Shown: piece by piece, positions 26,196 to 38,022 of the stretch
How positions within the stretch are numbered: the stretch's first letter is position 1
Layout: every line of letters starts with the position of its first letter
Source: Heteronotia binoei
Taxonomy: Eukaryota
Assembly (NCBI RefSeq): GCF_032191835.1
Contig: NC_083230.1
Coordinates: 83,390,001-83,454,000 of the forward strand
DNA length: 64,000 bases
Reading direction: 5' to 3'
Position numbers and translations under genes: made by a program
Notes under the pieces: model-generated
The model's database searches: none
What the model was told of the DNA's origin: nothing
Seen by the model: only the letters and a program-made list of their open reading frames with translations

Positions 26196-26927
26196 GAACC
26201 TGTGTGGTGGGCATTGTGGAGGACTGCTGCTGGGGTATGTGGGTACCTTTAAAGGTCTGCTGGGAGCAGCTGCAGTTTCCACATGAAGGGAGGGAGGAAG
26301 TCAGCTTCCACCAGTTCAATTTGCACTTGATTATCCCAGATGGTGTGACCTAATATGCTAATGAGTGTGTGACCTAATACGCTGCTATTAGGGGATGTGG
26401 TCTAATATGCTAATGAGTTCTTGCTGGACTTTTTCTACAAAAATAGTCCTGGACCTAGGCATTTGCCTAGAGCGGCAGGCCATGTGTGTGCCAGATTAGG
26501 CTCTCCCTACATGACTTGAAGTAGAAAAACAATTTTTTGCATTAATTTTTCTGACCTGAGTCATTCTCCCTTGGCAGAGCACTGTTTTTTAAGTTGATAA
26601 TTTTGTATGGCCCACAAATGATGTTATATCCATATGGCCCTTGGCAGAAAAAAGATTCCCCACCCCTGATATAAGGGAAAGACCAAAAGATCTTGCCCTG
26701 TGTAAATGGGCCCTGGACAGAGTCAGCAAGCACAGTCAACCCACCAACCGATCAACCAATTATGAAGGAAGCATTCCTCTAAGTTGCAACTAAGACTGAT
26801 AATAAAGACTCAGGATGTTCAGGGGCTACTGTCACTCCAGAATGTATCCTCTGAGGTACTGGATGTTACCCTGACTATGGCTTCTGTCATGCCGCTGACA
26901 ACATGCCGCTGAAGTGATCTTCCTCAC

Positions 26928-27033
26928 CTGCAATCCACTGGCCATTCTCAAACTTCAGGCTCTGTCCAGCAAGGGTCATAGTTGGAGTGCCATAGTCCAG
27001 ACCCAGTTCAATTTCACGGGTAGATCTATCTAG
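26928..27033 (-). CDS. CBY1: CBY1 coding exon 2 (106 nt)
   Basis: ctacag|CTA acceptor, G|gtgag donor; LDRSTREIELGLDYGTPTMTLAGQSLKFENGQWIA. Confidence 0.96.
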
Positions 27034-27624
27034 CTGTAGGGAGAAAGCGGTTCAATATGTGTAAAGACTTTAATTTTACTCACTCTAATTCTTCTTCTTC
27101 ATATTTTAATGTTCAGTACAAATGCTAACAAGAGTAGGGTTATATGATGACTTGCGGGGGAGGGGAAATGCTTCCATCCCCCACTGGCCCCTTGCTTACT
27201 CCCCCTTGCTCTGACTCCAATTCCCTCCACTTTGTCCACCCACCCAGCCCTTCCTTCTTTCAGAGTACAGATTTGAAAGGGGAGATTTATAGCATCATCT
27301 TTTTTCCCCCTACAAAGAAAGGTCAGCCGGGTTAATCACCCTCTTCTAAACACAGTGTTTCTCATCTGTAAAATGGAAATGTTAATTGGCTGGTTGCCTC
27401 CAAATATCTGTGTAGCTCATCTAGTACATTTTTAGAATCCATGATCTGCAACAGCTAAGGGTTAGTACAGAGAGGTGAACAGATTGGGTATGGCATATAA
27501 TTCCAATAGGTTACACTCCTCTGAGTTGCCATTCTGTGTCTGATGGACCTGAGGCAGCGGTTAAACAAAACAAAGTTCTATCTCACAAAACTGAAGTCTG
27601 CCCACTCCAGATTCTAGAACTTAC

Positions 27625-27702
27625 CGAGTGCAGGCTAGAAAGTGAAGCTGATTTCCTGGGTGGGGTTTTCTTGGGACTGAAGGTGTTCCCAAAGAGCGGC
27701 AT
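27625..27702 (-). CDS. CBY1: Chibby homolog 1, coding exon 1 (78 nt; acceptor at 27713)
   Basis: MPLFGNTFSPKKTPPRKSASLSSLHS; donor TCG|gtaag. join(27702-27625,27033-26928,25176-25061,24304-24224) = 381 nt, 126 aa. Confidence 0.96.
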
Positions 27703-28639
27703 GGCTCCTTAGCCTGAAAGCCTTGCTCTGGTTGCCAGTGTGCAAAAGCAGCAAAGGAAATAAAGGGTAAGAATAACAAAAGGCCCATCAGAAAGCAGGG
27801 AAACATGAACATTCTGTAAGGCAGCAAGTTTAGCCTACATGAAAATAATGGGAAAGTCAACTGCTGTTTTTTCAAAAGTGAGTCTGTAGCCCTTCTTGCT
27901 TGGAGGACAAACAAAAACATTCCCTTCCTCAAACACTTTAGCCCCCATGTCATTTGTAAGGGTCAAGAGTTCATTGCAGAGAACAGAAAGGACTGGAGAA
28001 AAACAGATGGCATCTTTAGATTCAAAATGAGGTTAACCCATCATCTTTTTCATAGCAAAAGGTAATTAGTTGCTAGTGCTTTTTGTGTGATGAGCACTAG
28101 AGCCTTCTAATTCAGTGCCACTCCCAGAACTCCTAACAACATGATGCTCCCCACCTTTGCCTACCTAAGGCATGGCCAACACATGGAATAGAATGGGGCC
28201 TGCAGAGGAGATTAATCGGGCTGTACCACTTCAGATGCAGACGGGGAAATTGACATCTCAGGAGGATTCTACCGCCTTTCAATTACGACCCCTGGTAAAA
28301 ACGGAAGATGCCTGACAAAGAGAAGCGTCAATTCTGGCTACATCCCAGAAACCCTGGGCCCTCAACCCCATCGACTCTTCCAAAGCAAACCTACGCTGGG
28401 TGGAAATCCATACAAAGGGCATGCCTGGCTTCACTTGCGAGGAAAATCTAACAATCTAAATGTATTCTTCGATTACGGGACGGGAGACGAAACAGTACGA
28501 GGAGGAGAGATGCAACAACACTGCCTTGCCGAATTCCAAACTAGTCCCTAACAGCCTCTCAACACCAACAACCGTTGGAACCACCACACCAACATTTACA
28601 CAAAAAACCTCAGCACAACACCCTTTAAATTGCTTTTTA

Positions 28640-29360
28640 TCGCAATCTGCGCAAGCGTACACTTACCCACACTTACTTCGCGAATGCAGGCGGGAGAGGG
28701 ACGCGTGGGTAACAGGAGCAACAGAGAGCCCCACCTGGAGCAAAAAGATGAAGGAGTCTACCACGAGGCAGAGAGGGGGAGAGGAGCTCCTACAGAAGTG
28801 TTTTATAAGGAATAGGCGACTTGGCACCGTCTTATCGAAAAGCTGAAAGTGAGTCAAATGATATTATTTAGAGGAAACTGAAGAGGTAATCAGGGAGTAT
28901 CGGAAAGTATCCTCCCGTTTCTTTTCCTATAATGGTAGTTTCCCAAACCGCCGTGAAGGGCGGAGCGAAAAACAGAGCCTTTGTCGGGACCATACCATTG
29001 ATAGGGGGGGAGGGTTTGAGCGCAACTTCCCTCCTTTTATATTAATAATGCCATTCTCAATGCCATTCCCTCGAGACCCGAGAAAATCACTCCTCTCATG
29101 AGGATTCCCCAAGAGCAGCTAGTAGTCTGTACCTCCTTTTAGAGAGGCGTAAATGCTCGCGACATGGTTTGCACCGTTCGGTTGTCATGGTTATAGCGGG
29201 ACGCCCGTTTCCGCGCAAAACCTCTCTCGGAGCTGCGGCCTATTCGGGGCGAGGGGAGCAGATGCCTGGGCCCGGGTCCGAGCCCAGACGCTGGAGGAGC
29301 AAGCGAGCGTGATTTGAAGTTGCTGCTAATTAACCAGAAGGAAGCTCTCACTGCCCTTTT
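28640..29360. promoter_or_regulatory. CpG island, probable bidirectional CBY1/FAM227A promoter
   Basis: CpG-rich, between CBY1 (-) and FAM227A (+) arranged head to head. X-box-like GTTGTCATGGTTAT at 29181-29194; candidate CBY1 exon-1 donor GAG|gtacag at 29133/29132. Confidence 0.7.
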
Positions 29361-29876
29361 TGGTCTGGGATGAAAGTATTTCTTCTCGTTATCTTTCCCT
29401 GTTGATATTTTACTCCTTATGTGTTCCTCCTATCTTCCCGCCCTCCTTCAAGGCTGAAATCCAAATGCGCGCTTCTCTGTAAATCCCAGACTTTCGACTC
29501 AGAATAAGCATGCTCAGGATCAGGCTGAGCAGCTGTATGCATAGCCTAAGCCTAGGGGGGATGCTCCATTTCCTTCTCACACCCACCACTAGTTCCCTGT
29601 GGTTAGCTGGAAAGGCACTGTTCACATACGTTGCTGCATTGCTTTTCTTTATAAATCAGTCAGTAGCAGGGTACATGCTATAGACATACACACATCCTCT
29701 GTTCCCCCTACAGCCAGTAGTTAGAAGCATCGGACTGGTACCTGGAAAACCCAAGTCTGAACCCTCATAGGTGCCATGGAAATTCACTGGGTGATCTTGG
29801 GCCACACTCTCTCAGACTAACATACCTTCCAGAATTATTGTGAGGATAGAATGGAGGAGAGGAGAATGATGTAAGC

Positions 29877-30018
29877 CAGGGGTGGCCAACGGTAGCTCTC
29901 AAGAAGTTTTTTTTTTGCCTACAACTCCCATCAGCCCCAGCCAGCATGGCCAATGGCTGGGGCTGATGGGAGTTGTAGGCAAAAAAAACATCTGGAGAGC
30001 TGCTGTTGGCCACCCCTG
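29877..30018. mobile_element. Palindromic hAT MITE
   Basis: CAGGGGTGGCCAAC...GTTGGCCACCCCTG, near-perfect palindrome; imperfect TSD ATGTAAGC / A-GTAAGC; same family as the 52185 copy. Confidence 0.85.
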
Positions 30019-30483
30019 AGTAAGCTACTTTGGGCCCCCATTGGGGAGAAAGGCAGGGCATAAATGAATTGAGTAGATCTCTGTGGGGGGTGGGGAACTA
30101 GGGTTAGGAAGAAAGCTTTTGTTATAAACATAGAGGACTGGATGGGCTCAAAAGACAACTTTTATTGTTGAATGCACCAGTATAAGGCTGCAATTCTATA
30201 CATACTTACTATTCTAGTGAACATGATGGAACTGTTATTTGACTAGACATGCATAGGATTGTACTGTGTCTTCTAGATGAACACAAAGAAAGGAGACTCT
30301 CCGAAGTCTTGAAGATGTTGTTGGCAGGAAAAGCAAAGAGTTAAACTGCTAGGGAACGCCAGAATCTCATTTATTTTGGCTATGACTGCAACAAAATTTG
30401 TTGACCAGCTTGATCTATGCATTTCTACTCTGAAGTTCAATTGAGCTCTATGGGATATAACTTGAAAGAAAAGTATGCATAGG

Positions 30484-33400
30484 TGTAATGTACTGAGTGA
30501 CGAGACGTGTTGAAGGCAACATACTTTATTGGCGAGTACGTCACAAGGGAAGGAAACGCGGGCCGGGTCCCGATTATATACATACCCCGGAACAACCCTC
30601 CGTCTGGCCAGGTCCAATCCTGGCCAGTTAAACTTCCCGCCACAGATCTTGATTGGCGGAGTGTATTAGCGAGCTACATCCGGGGACCAGTGGGCTTCCA
30701 CTGGTCGCCTCTGTAGCGTTCGCTGTGTTGTAACATCAAGACTGAAATGCAAGACATAACACTCCTCCCCGCCCTAGTTCAGGACACAAAGTCTTTCAAG
30801 TAGGCTGGTGCCCTGTGTTCCCTGGTTGACTTCCTTGGGGTTATTTGGGGAGTTGGAGCGGCCGCCGTGGCTGGCGGGGAGGCTGGTTCCTCGTGTTGGG
30901 GTGCCTCCGGAAGAGGACTGTCTGCCGCTTGTTGCCCTTCCGGAATCCCCTCTCTGGGGGGGGGGTCGCTCCCAGCGCTGAGGTGCTCTTCCGCTCGTAT
31001 AGTCGGTGCAGCTGGCATGGGCTGGGTAGCTTTCGGGGGTGTTGCTGTCAGTTCTCCCCTGCTCCCCCCTCCCCTGATTGCTGTCGGTTCCTCTGGCAAA
31101 GTGCGGCGGCGCAGCTGGTCGATATGCCTCTTTAGGATCTGGCCCCCCTCCAACGAGACCTCATAGGAGCAGGACCCAATCACCCGCAGCACCCGGGCGG
31201 CTAACCACTCCGGGCTGCTTGCAAAGTTCTTAGTGTACACTGGATCCCCTGGAAAGAACCCCCTAGCGGCTTCCCAGGTTTCGGGGGAACTGCGGAGGTC
31301 CGTGGCCCAGTCAGGATGCAATTGGTCTAGCCTCGTGATCAACTTCCTCCCCATTAGTAACTTGGCAGGGCTTAACCCGGTGATGAGGTTGGGGGTGATT
31401 CTGTTATCGAATAGGAAGGCTGCCAGGCGGTGGTCCCAATCTCCCTGTACAATGCGGCCCAGGGCCTCTTTAGTAGTGTGCACCATGCGCTCTGCTTGGC
31501 CGTTGGTGGCCGGATGGAAGGGGGCGGACCGAATGTGCTGTATGAGGTATCTATTCAAGAATTCCTGGGAGGTGAAAGCAGTCCCATTGTCCGTGACGAG
31601 GGTATTGGGAATCCCATGCGTGCAAAAGACCCTACGCAAGGCTCTGACCGCCGCCGCAGTGGAGGTTGAAGCTACAGGAATAACTTACAACCACTTGGTG
31701 TATGCATCTACAAGAATAAAGAATATTTGGCCCTGGTATGGCCCCTCAAAATCTAGGTGTAACCGGGACCACTGCCTTCTATTGGACTTCCAGCGGTGGA
31801 CAGGGGCACTGGGCGGATCAGGCCGGGACTCTTGGCAGGGTCGGCACCTTCGAACCCACCTCTCAATCTCTTTGTCCATTCCCGGCCACCATACATAGCT
31901 GCGTGCCAGGGCCATCATCCACACTATTCCCGGATGTGTTTCGTGTAGGGATTCCATTGTTTCCGCAATGGCGGGGGGAACCACCACCCTGCTTCCCCAG
32001 AGAAGCCACCCCTTGTGCATGGACAGTTCTTCCCTGCGTGAATTCTGCATCCTGTTTGCCCACGGGCCATCCCCTCCCCATCCAGTCTAAAACATGGGCG
32101 AGGATGTGGTCTTTACCCGTGGCCTTAGCTACCTCGGCGGCGTGGAGGGGCCTCTCTGGTAGAGTCTCTATAAGCATCACATGGTGGGCCGGATCCGGGT
32201 CCATAGAGGGTAGCGGCAGGCGGCTGAGGGCGTCTGCGTGTCCCATAGCTTTGCCAGGGCGGTGGACCAAGGCATATGTGTATGAATTGAGGAACTGATT
32301 CCACCGCAGGACGCGCTGCGACAGAATTTGCGGCGTCTGGCGGTCTGGGGCGAGGAGGCTCAGTAACGGCTTATGGTCCGTGGCGATCATGAAACGCCTA
32401 CCGTATAGGTAATCGTTGAATTTATGCACACTCGCCACTATTGCCAAGGCCTCCTTGTCTATCTGGGCATAGTTGCGCTCTGCGGAGATCAGGGTCCTTG
32501 AATAATAGGCCACAGGAACCTCTCTCCCATCCTGGAGTTGGTGCCCCAGGACGGCGCCCACCCCGTACGGGGAAGCATCGCAAGCCAGAATCACTGGTAA
32601 GGATTCATCAAAATGGTGGAGCACCTCATTGGAAACTAGTAGGTCCTTGACTGCCTGAAAAGCGGCGGCCTGCTTCTTTCCCCGGACCCACGAGGCGTTT
32701 TTATCTAGGAGCCTATGAAGGGGTTCTGCGATGGCCGCTTTGTGGGGCAAAAATGAATGATAGAAATTTAACGATCCCAAGAAACTTTGTAACTCTGTCT
32801 TACACGTAGGGGCTTGAGCGTGGACAATAGCCCTGGTCTTGTCGGCCGTCGGGTGGATGCCCATGGCGTCTACTGCAAACCCCAGGAACTCTATCCTCGA
32901 CATCCCAAGGGAACACTTCTCCCGCTTTACTTTAAGACCCGCCGCCTGGAACCGGCGGAGTACCTCATGCAGACGGCTACTGAACTCTTCAGCGTCCGGG
33001 GCAGCGATCAAAACGTCGTCGAAAAACGGTTGCACCTGGGGATCCCTTTGAGGAAGGAATCCATTATGCTCTGAAAAATCCCCAGAGCCATACTAACCCC
33101 AAATTGCAACCGCCGCACCCGAAAAGCTCCCCTGTGGGTCACAATGGTCTGTGCTTCTGCTGTCTCAGTGTCCACCGGGAGTTACTGGAATGCCTGGGCC
33201 AAGTCCAGTTTCCCAAAAACCTTAGAGCCCGCTAGTGCTGCCAGTACGTGGCTGACCACCGGAACGGGGTATGGGTTGTCCTGAAGTGCCTTATTAATTG
33301 TGCACTTATAGTCTGCGCAGATGTGCACATCTCCATTAGGCTTCACTGGAGTGACTATGGGTTTTTCCCATGCAGTGTAGGAAACAGGTTCTAGCACTCC

Positions 33401-35357
33401 CTGGGCTGTGAGGTGGTCTAGCTCCGCTACTTTTGGCTTAAGAGTGAACGGAACTCGCCTGGCCTTCAGCCTTATCGGTCTCACGTGGGGATCGAGGGGT
33501 AAGGTGATTGGAGGCCCTTTGTAGCACCCCAGGGACCCATCAAACACTTCCGGAAATTCCTGGCACACGTGCTCGAAATTTTGGTTTGCAGCTGCTGCAC
33601 CCCCACTATTTGAATACCAAGCGGTCGAAACTAGGCCAGCCCCAGTAATGTGGTGTGCTCTGAAAAATCCCCAGAGCCGTACTAACCCCAAATTGCAACC
33701 GCCGCACCCAAAAAGCTCCCCTGTGGGTCACAATGGTCTGTGCTTCTGCTGTCTCGGTGTCCACCGGGAGTTGCTGGAATGCCTGGGCCAAGTCCAGTTT
33801 CCCAAAAACCTTAGAGCCCGCTAGTGCTGCCAGTACGTGGCTGACCACCGGAACGGGGTATGGGTTGTCCTGAAGTGCCTTATTAATTGTGCACTTGAAC
33901 TCTGCCCTAACAGTGGCGCAACCCAAAATCTGTACGGGGTTTTTTTGAAAGTCCCACAGTATGAAATCAGCCGGTCGCAGCCTGGGCCAGCCACGGGGGC
34001 AAAGTTTTCTTAGAGACTCCTCCGAAATTATGGAGATGGAGGAGCCTGAGTCCATCTCCATTTGGCATGGAGCGCCCTCGATTCGGACCAACACCCTGAC
34101 CTTATCGGGGGTGTTGAGGGGCAAGTTCATTACCTGCAGGCTAGTCGATGTGGTCGAGTGGTCATCGGTCGAGTCGTGGTTGGTGGACTGGCATCTGCGG
34201 GTGGCCTTGGCCCGGCAAGCCCGCGCTTTGTGGCCCACTCTTCCACAGTTCCTGCAGTCTATGTTGTGATAGGGGCAGTCCCATCGCTCGTGTGGATCCC
34301 CACAGCTGGTGCACTTGGTGTTGGCTGGTCTCTTGTTCGCTCGTGGCCAATTGGTCGTTCTCTTCCCCATTCCTGGTTAGCGACGGAGCTTGTGTGCCTC
34401 CTCCTCTGGGTTGCCCGGCGCCATTTCCTCTTGGTGGACGGCTTCTGCTCATGGGTTGTGGAAAGCTTTGGTGGCTCTCTCAAACGCGGTGGCTTCGTTG
34501 AAGGCAAGTTGGAGGGTGAGCTCCTCCTTTGCTGCAGTCTTTCGTCTCGGAGGCTCCAGACGAATCGATCCCTCAGGGCTTCATCCAGCTTGTCGAAGCT
34601 GCAGTTCCCCGCAAGTTGGCTGAGGGCAGCCAGGTAGACTGTGGCCATCTCTCCCGCCCCGTGATCCCTCTTGTGGAAGAGAAATCGGCGGGCAATGATG
34701 GATGGTTGGGGCAAGAAGTGCCCGGTCAGGAGTCTGACTATCTCCTCGTACGTTTTCTCTGTGATTTTTGCGGGGGCCGAGAGACCCTTTGCGATCTCAA
34801 ATGTGGCCTCCCCGCAGACACTCAGGAGCAAATCTCTCTTATGGCTGTCATCCGTGATCATGTTCGCTCGTAGGTAGCAGTCGACCCGCTCCGTGTAGGT
34901 CTCCCACCTATCGGGGTTGGCGGGGTCGAACTCTGCAAGGTGGCCCGTCGTCACACTCGGGTTAGCCATGGTGGCAGGTGCTTCAGTCTCCCTAGACTGC
35001 ATGCCTTCCTCGTCTCCAGCCAGGTCAACGAAGTCCCGCTTGGGGAGTTACCTGGCTAGGATCCCACCTTCGTCGCCACTGTAATGTACTGAGTGACGAG
35101 ACGTGTTGAAGGCAACGTACTTTATTGGCGAGTACATCACAAGGGAAGGAAACGTGGGCCAGGTCCCGATTATATACATACCCCGGAACAACCCTCTGTC
35201 TGGCCAGGTCCAATCCTGGCCAGTTAAACTTCCCACCACAGATCTTGATTTGCAGAGCATATTAGTGAGCTACATCTGGGGACCAGTGGGCTTCCTCTGG
35301 TTGCCTCTGTAGCGTTCGCTGTGTTGTAACATCAAGACTGAAATGCAAGACATAACA
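30484..35357 (-). mobile_element. Full-length, degenerate Ty3/Gypsy (Mag-like) LTR retrotransposon
   Basis: 278-bp LTRs (35080-35357 = 5', 30484-30761 = 3') with TG..CA ends; 5-bp TSD ATAGG (30479-30483, 35358-35362); PBS at 35061-35078; PPT AGGGCGGGGAGGAG at 30762-30775. Domain order is gag (two Cys/His knuckles), protease (DSG), RT (FFDD), RNase H, integrase (DNG..F), ending at 30779. Stops and frameshifts are present. Confidence 0.96.
35061..35078 (-). other. Primer-binding site complementary to the 3' end of tRNA-Ser(GCU)
   Basis: TGGCGACGAAGGTGGGAT, 1 nt downstream of the 5' LTR; matches my recall of the vertebrate tRNA-Ser(GCU) 3' end ...ATCCCACCTTCGTCG-CCA. Confidence 0.8.
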
Positions 35358-36699
35358 ATAGGATTGCAGGGCCAAAATACTATATGATATTTTAAAATAA
35401 TAATTCCCTATTTGTGACTTTCTGTGTAGTTTGAATGAAACATATAAAGCAAAGCAACAGGATTCAACAGAATGTAAACTGTGCTTCAAAACTGAGGACA
35501 ACTGTTTGAAAAAGTTTATCGTTTAGATTCTGTGTCACCCCACTGGGCATTAGAGAAACATAAAGGTAATATAGAAGTATTTTCAGGCTTTATGTTTCTT
35601 CTATGTGTATCTACACTGCCATCCTAACTGGGCTTAGAAGGATATAACTCTGCTTAGGATGGCACTGTTAAACTTTATTTGCACCTAGCACAATGTAATC
35701 TAAATAAGAGCCAAAATAAATATATGCCAGGAGATTCATTGATGGATATCTTGTCAATGTCCACTTTGCGCCAGAGTCTACAAAACCCTTCAACTTAATA
35801 TTGAGGATGAAATTAGACATGTGGTGATGCAAAGCTTATTTTGGGGTGCAGAGAGAATGTAGCTGTTCCAGTTCCTTATTGAAACCTCCCAATATAAACA
35901 GCTTTGAGGCAACCCAAATAGTTCTTGGTTCCAGAACCAGTGTTTGGACTGAGCATCAGTGCATCTCCTCTTGAGCATCAGTGCATTTCCTCTTGTAGTG
36001 CCCCGGACGCTGAAGCACCTCCAGAATGTAGGTGTATGTTTCAGGGTGGTCTGACTCCAAAGGTTATTGAGGGTACAGCTTCCCCCCAGTTTCTGAATGT
36101 GCATTTGCTCTGGGGCATTCCACTTTGGAACAGTTAACTCAAAAGCTGGGCTTTGGTCCAGTGTGGGGATGTATGAGCTGTGATAGGCCAAGGCTTATTT
36201 TGGGGAAGAGATTATTTGAAAGTATTTGTGGTACTCATGAATAAAGAATAAGGAACTTGGATCTGGGATCTGGGATCAACAGCAGCCCCTTTGGCAAACC
36301 TAGTATATACTGAACATTCATACTCATGAAGTGTCCTGGAGAATTTTAAAACATGGTTAATGTTTTTGTCATATTGGTCCTGATAAACATTTTTGCCCTA
36401 CTATTAATTTTGGATTTTTCCTAAACTTCTTGTGCCTTATTTCTGTGTCTTTGTTGGCTGCAGCAGTTGCTACAAAGTAATAGAAACAGTCAGAAGTGCT
36501 GCAGAGTCCCTTTTCCCCTCCTAAGTGTGTGTGTGTGTAAAACTATCCACCATTGCTCTCTAGTATAAATCAGTTCTAGACTATAACAAGAAATGTTCAA
36601 GTGAGATAATGCTTTGCAAGCAACACAGTGGGAAAGTTTGTATGGAAATAATAAAAAATAAGTTATTCGTGTTTTCCTTTTCTCCTATGCAGAAGAAAG

Positions 36700-36820
36700 A
36701 TGGAATTTATACCTACTAATGCCTTTGTGAGCCCTTTAAATGGATTTTTGATATTACCATCAGCAACTCAGAAAAAGAAAGGTGGCACCATGCATTCTAA
36801 ATTAGATGACAAACCACGAA
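36700..36820 (+). CDS. FAM227A: FAM227A first coding exon (acceptor at 36693; donor at 36820, or 36838 in the same phase)
   Basis: tatgcag|AAGAAAG ATG GAA; MEFIPTNAFVSPLNG...HSKLDDKPR. Phase 1 fits the next exon. Similarity to the orthologue is weak; the call rests on synteny and phase. Confidence 0.7.
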
Positions 36821-37321
36821 GTATCCTTTGGTCCCATGGTAAACAATGAATACAGCTTTATACACTTTACACATTCGGTTTTATAATATAAAGGTTCTCT
36901 TATTATCCTGATACTTATTTAGTGCTTCTGGCACCCTTCTTTTTCAAAAGAGAGCATAAGATTTTGCTTAAGTTCTGCCTGCTCAGCCTCAGATGCTTAC
37001 TTATTCATGAAAAGTAAGAATAATTACAACCTGCTTAACAGGATTGTTGTGTAGATATAAATAAAGAAGCACTCTTATTTGTCCTGAACTTTCAGTATAG
37101 GACAAGTTATAAATCACTTGTGGGCAGCTGGCAGCTGTTGGACCAAATATGGCTCTCAAATTAACTCTGGTTGGTTAAACATAAAGTGAACTTTATTCAA
37201 ACTTTCTTCTTCTGCTTCAGGCCAACATGGCTGCCCAACTGAATCCAGCTAACAAGATTTTTTTTAGTCCTTAGCAACATATTGCTGGCTTCAGGACTTA
37301 GGATGAGAAGTGGACAATTGG

Positions 37322-37412
37322 GCCCTGACCTGGATAGCCCAGGCAAGTCTGATCTTGTCAGGTCTTAGAAGCTAAACAGGGTTGGCTGTGGTTAGTACTT
37401 GAATGGGAGACT
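37322..37412 (+). mobile_element. 5S rRNA-derived SINE head; other copies at about 56475-56560 (-) and 63082-63141 (-)
   Basis: GATCTTGTCAGGTCTTAGAAGCTAAACAGGG...GGTTAGTACTTGAATGGGAGAC resembles the 5S rRNA internal promoter region but is too diverged for a functional 5S gene. Confidence 0.7.
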
Positions 37413-37936
37413 GTCTATAATATAGTGGGTTCTTAGGCATTGAAGAGGTGAGGTGGTAGTGATAACAAGCTCTTTACTGAGTACAGCATGGTAGGTGGCT
37501 GCACTAACAAGACTGAGGAACAGGGCCTGCTGGGTCAACTATATACAACACTGGGTTCCCGTGCTAGCACATTATTGGGTCATTCAAACCAGCAGGGGGC
37601 CTGTGATTGGAGCAGGGCAGTTTGGATTTGGTTCCTACTGCCCATTGTTCCCAAGTCCCCAAGCTCAGTCCTTCAGGCTCCAGTGAACCAGGCAGGAACA
37701 CCATTGGTAACAACATGTATTCTCATACATAACACTTTCCTTGAAATACCCAGTCAGGAGGTGGGTACAGCCATATTCAGTCACCTCCCTGAATATCCTT
37801 CAGGCCCCTAGTAGAAGGATTTGAAATTATGTCTCACCAGTCCAACATATTAACCACTAAATCATGCTGGTTTTCAAAAGAAACCCCCTCAAAAGGCTTT
37901 CAGTCTTCCAAAAGGTTCCTTAACAGATATTTGTAG

Positions 37937-38022
37937 TGTATGCTGTTGGAACAATGCAGAAAGTCAACCAGAAAATTGCAAATTTCAGAGCAAGATTGCA
38001 AAAATTTGACAGTAGTGACCTG
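37937..38022 (+). CDS. FAM227A: FAM227A coding exon (86 nt)
   Basis: ttgtag|TG acceptor, CTG|gtgag donor; YAVGTMQKVNQKIANFRARLQKFDSSDL resembles recalled human CLIGSMHQVNQKIA. Confidence 0.82.

Noticed and set aside
25684-26286. 200-aa and 187-aa F/L/P/S-rich ORFs that look membrane-like
   Set aside because: Artefacts of the G-poor low-complexity tract, which rarely forms stop codons.
28460-28846. 128-aa plus-strand ORF in the CBY1 leader region
   Set aside because: T/P-rich with no homology I recognise; lies in a CpG-island shoulder antisense to CBY1.
33018-33035. RT motif FFDD rather than YxDD in the Gypsy element
   Set aside because: Both aspartates are kept and F/Y exchange occurs among RTs; uninformative without the family consensus.
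30845-35002. Many 60-220 aa ORFs antisense to or overlapping the Gypsy gag-pol
   Set aside because: Shadow ORFs of GC-rich coding sequence; no env-like or accessory gene is evident, and integrase ends directly before the PPT.
37322-37412. 5S rRNA gene
   Set aside because: Partial, diverged and dispersed; treated as a 5S-derived SINE head.
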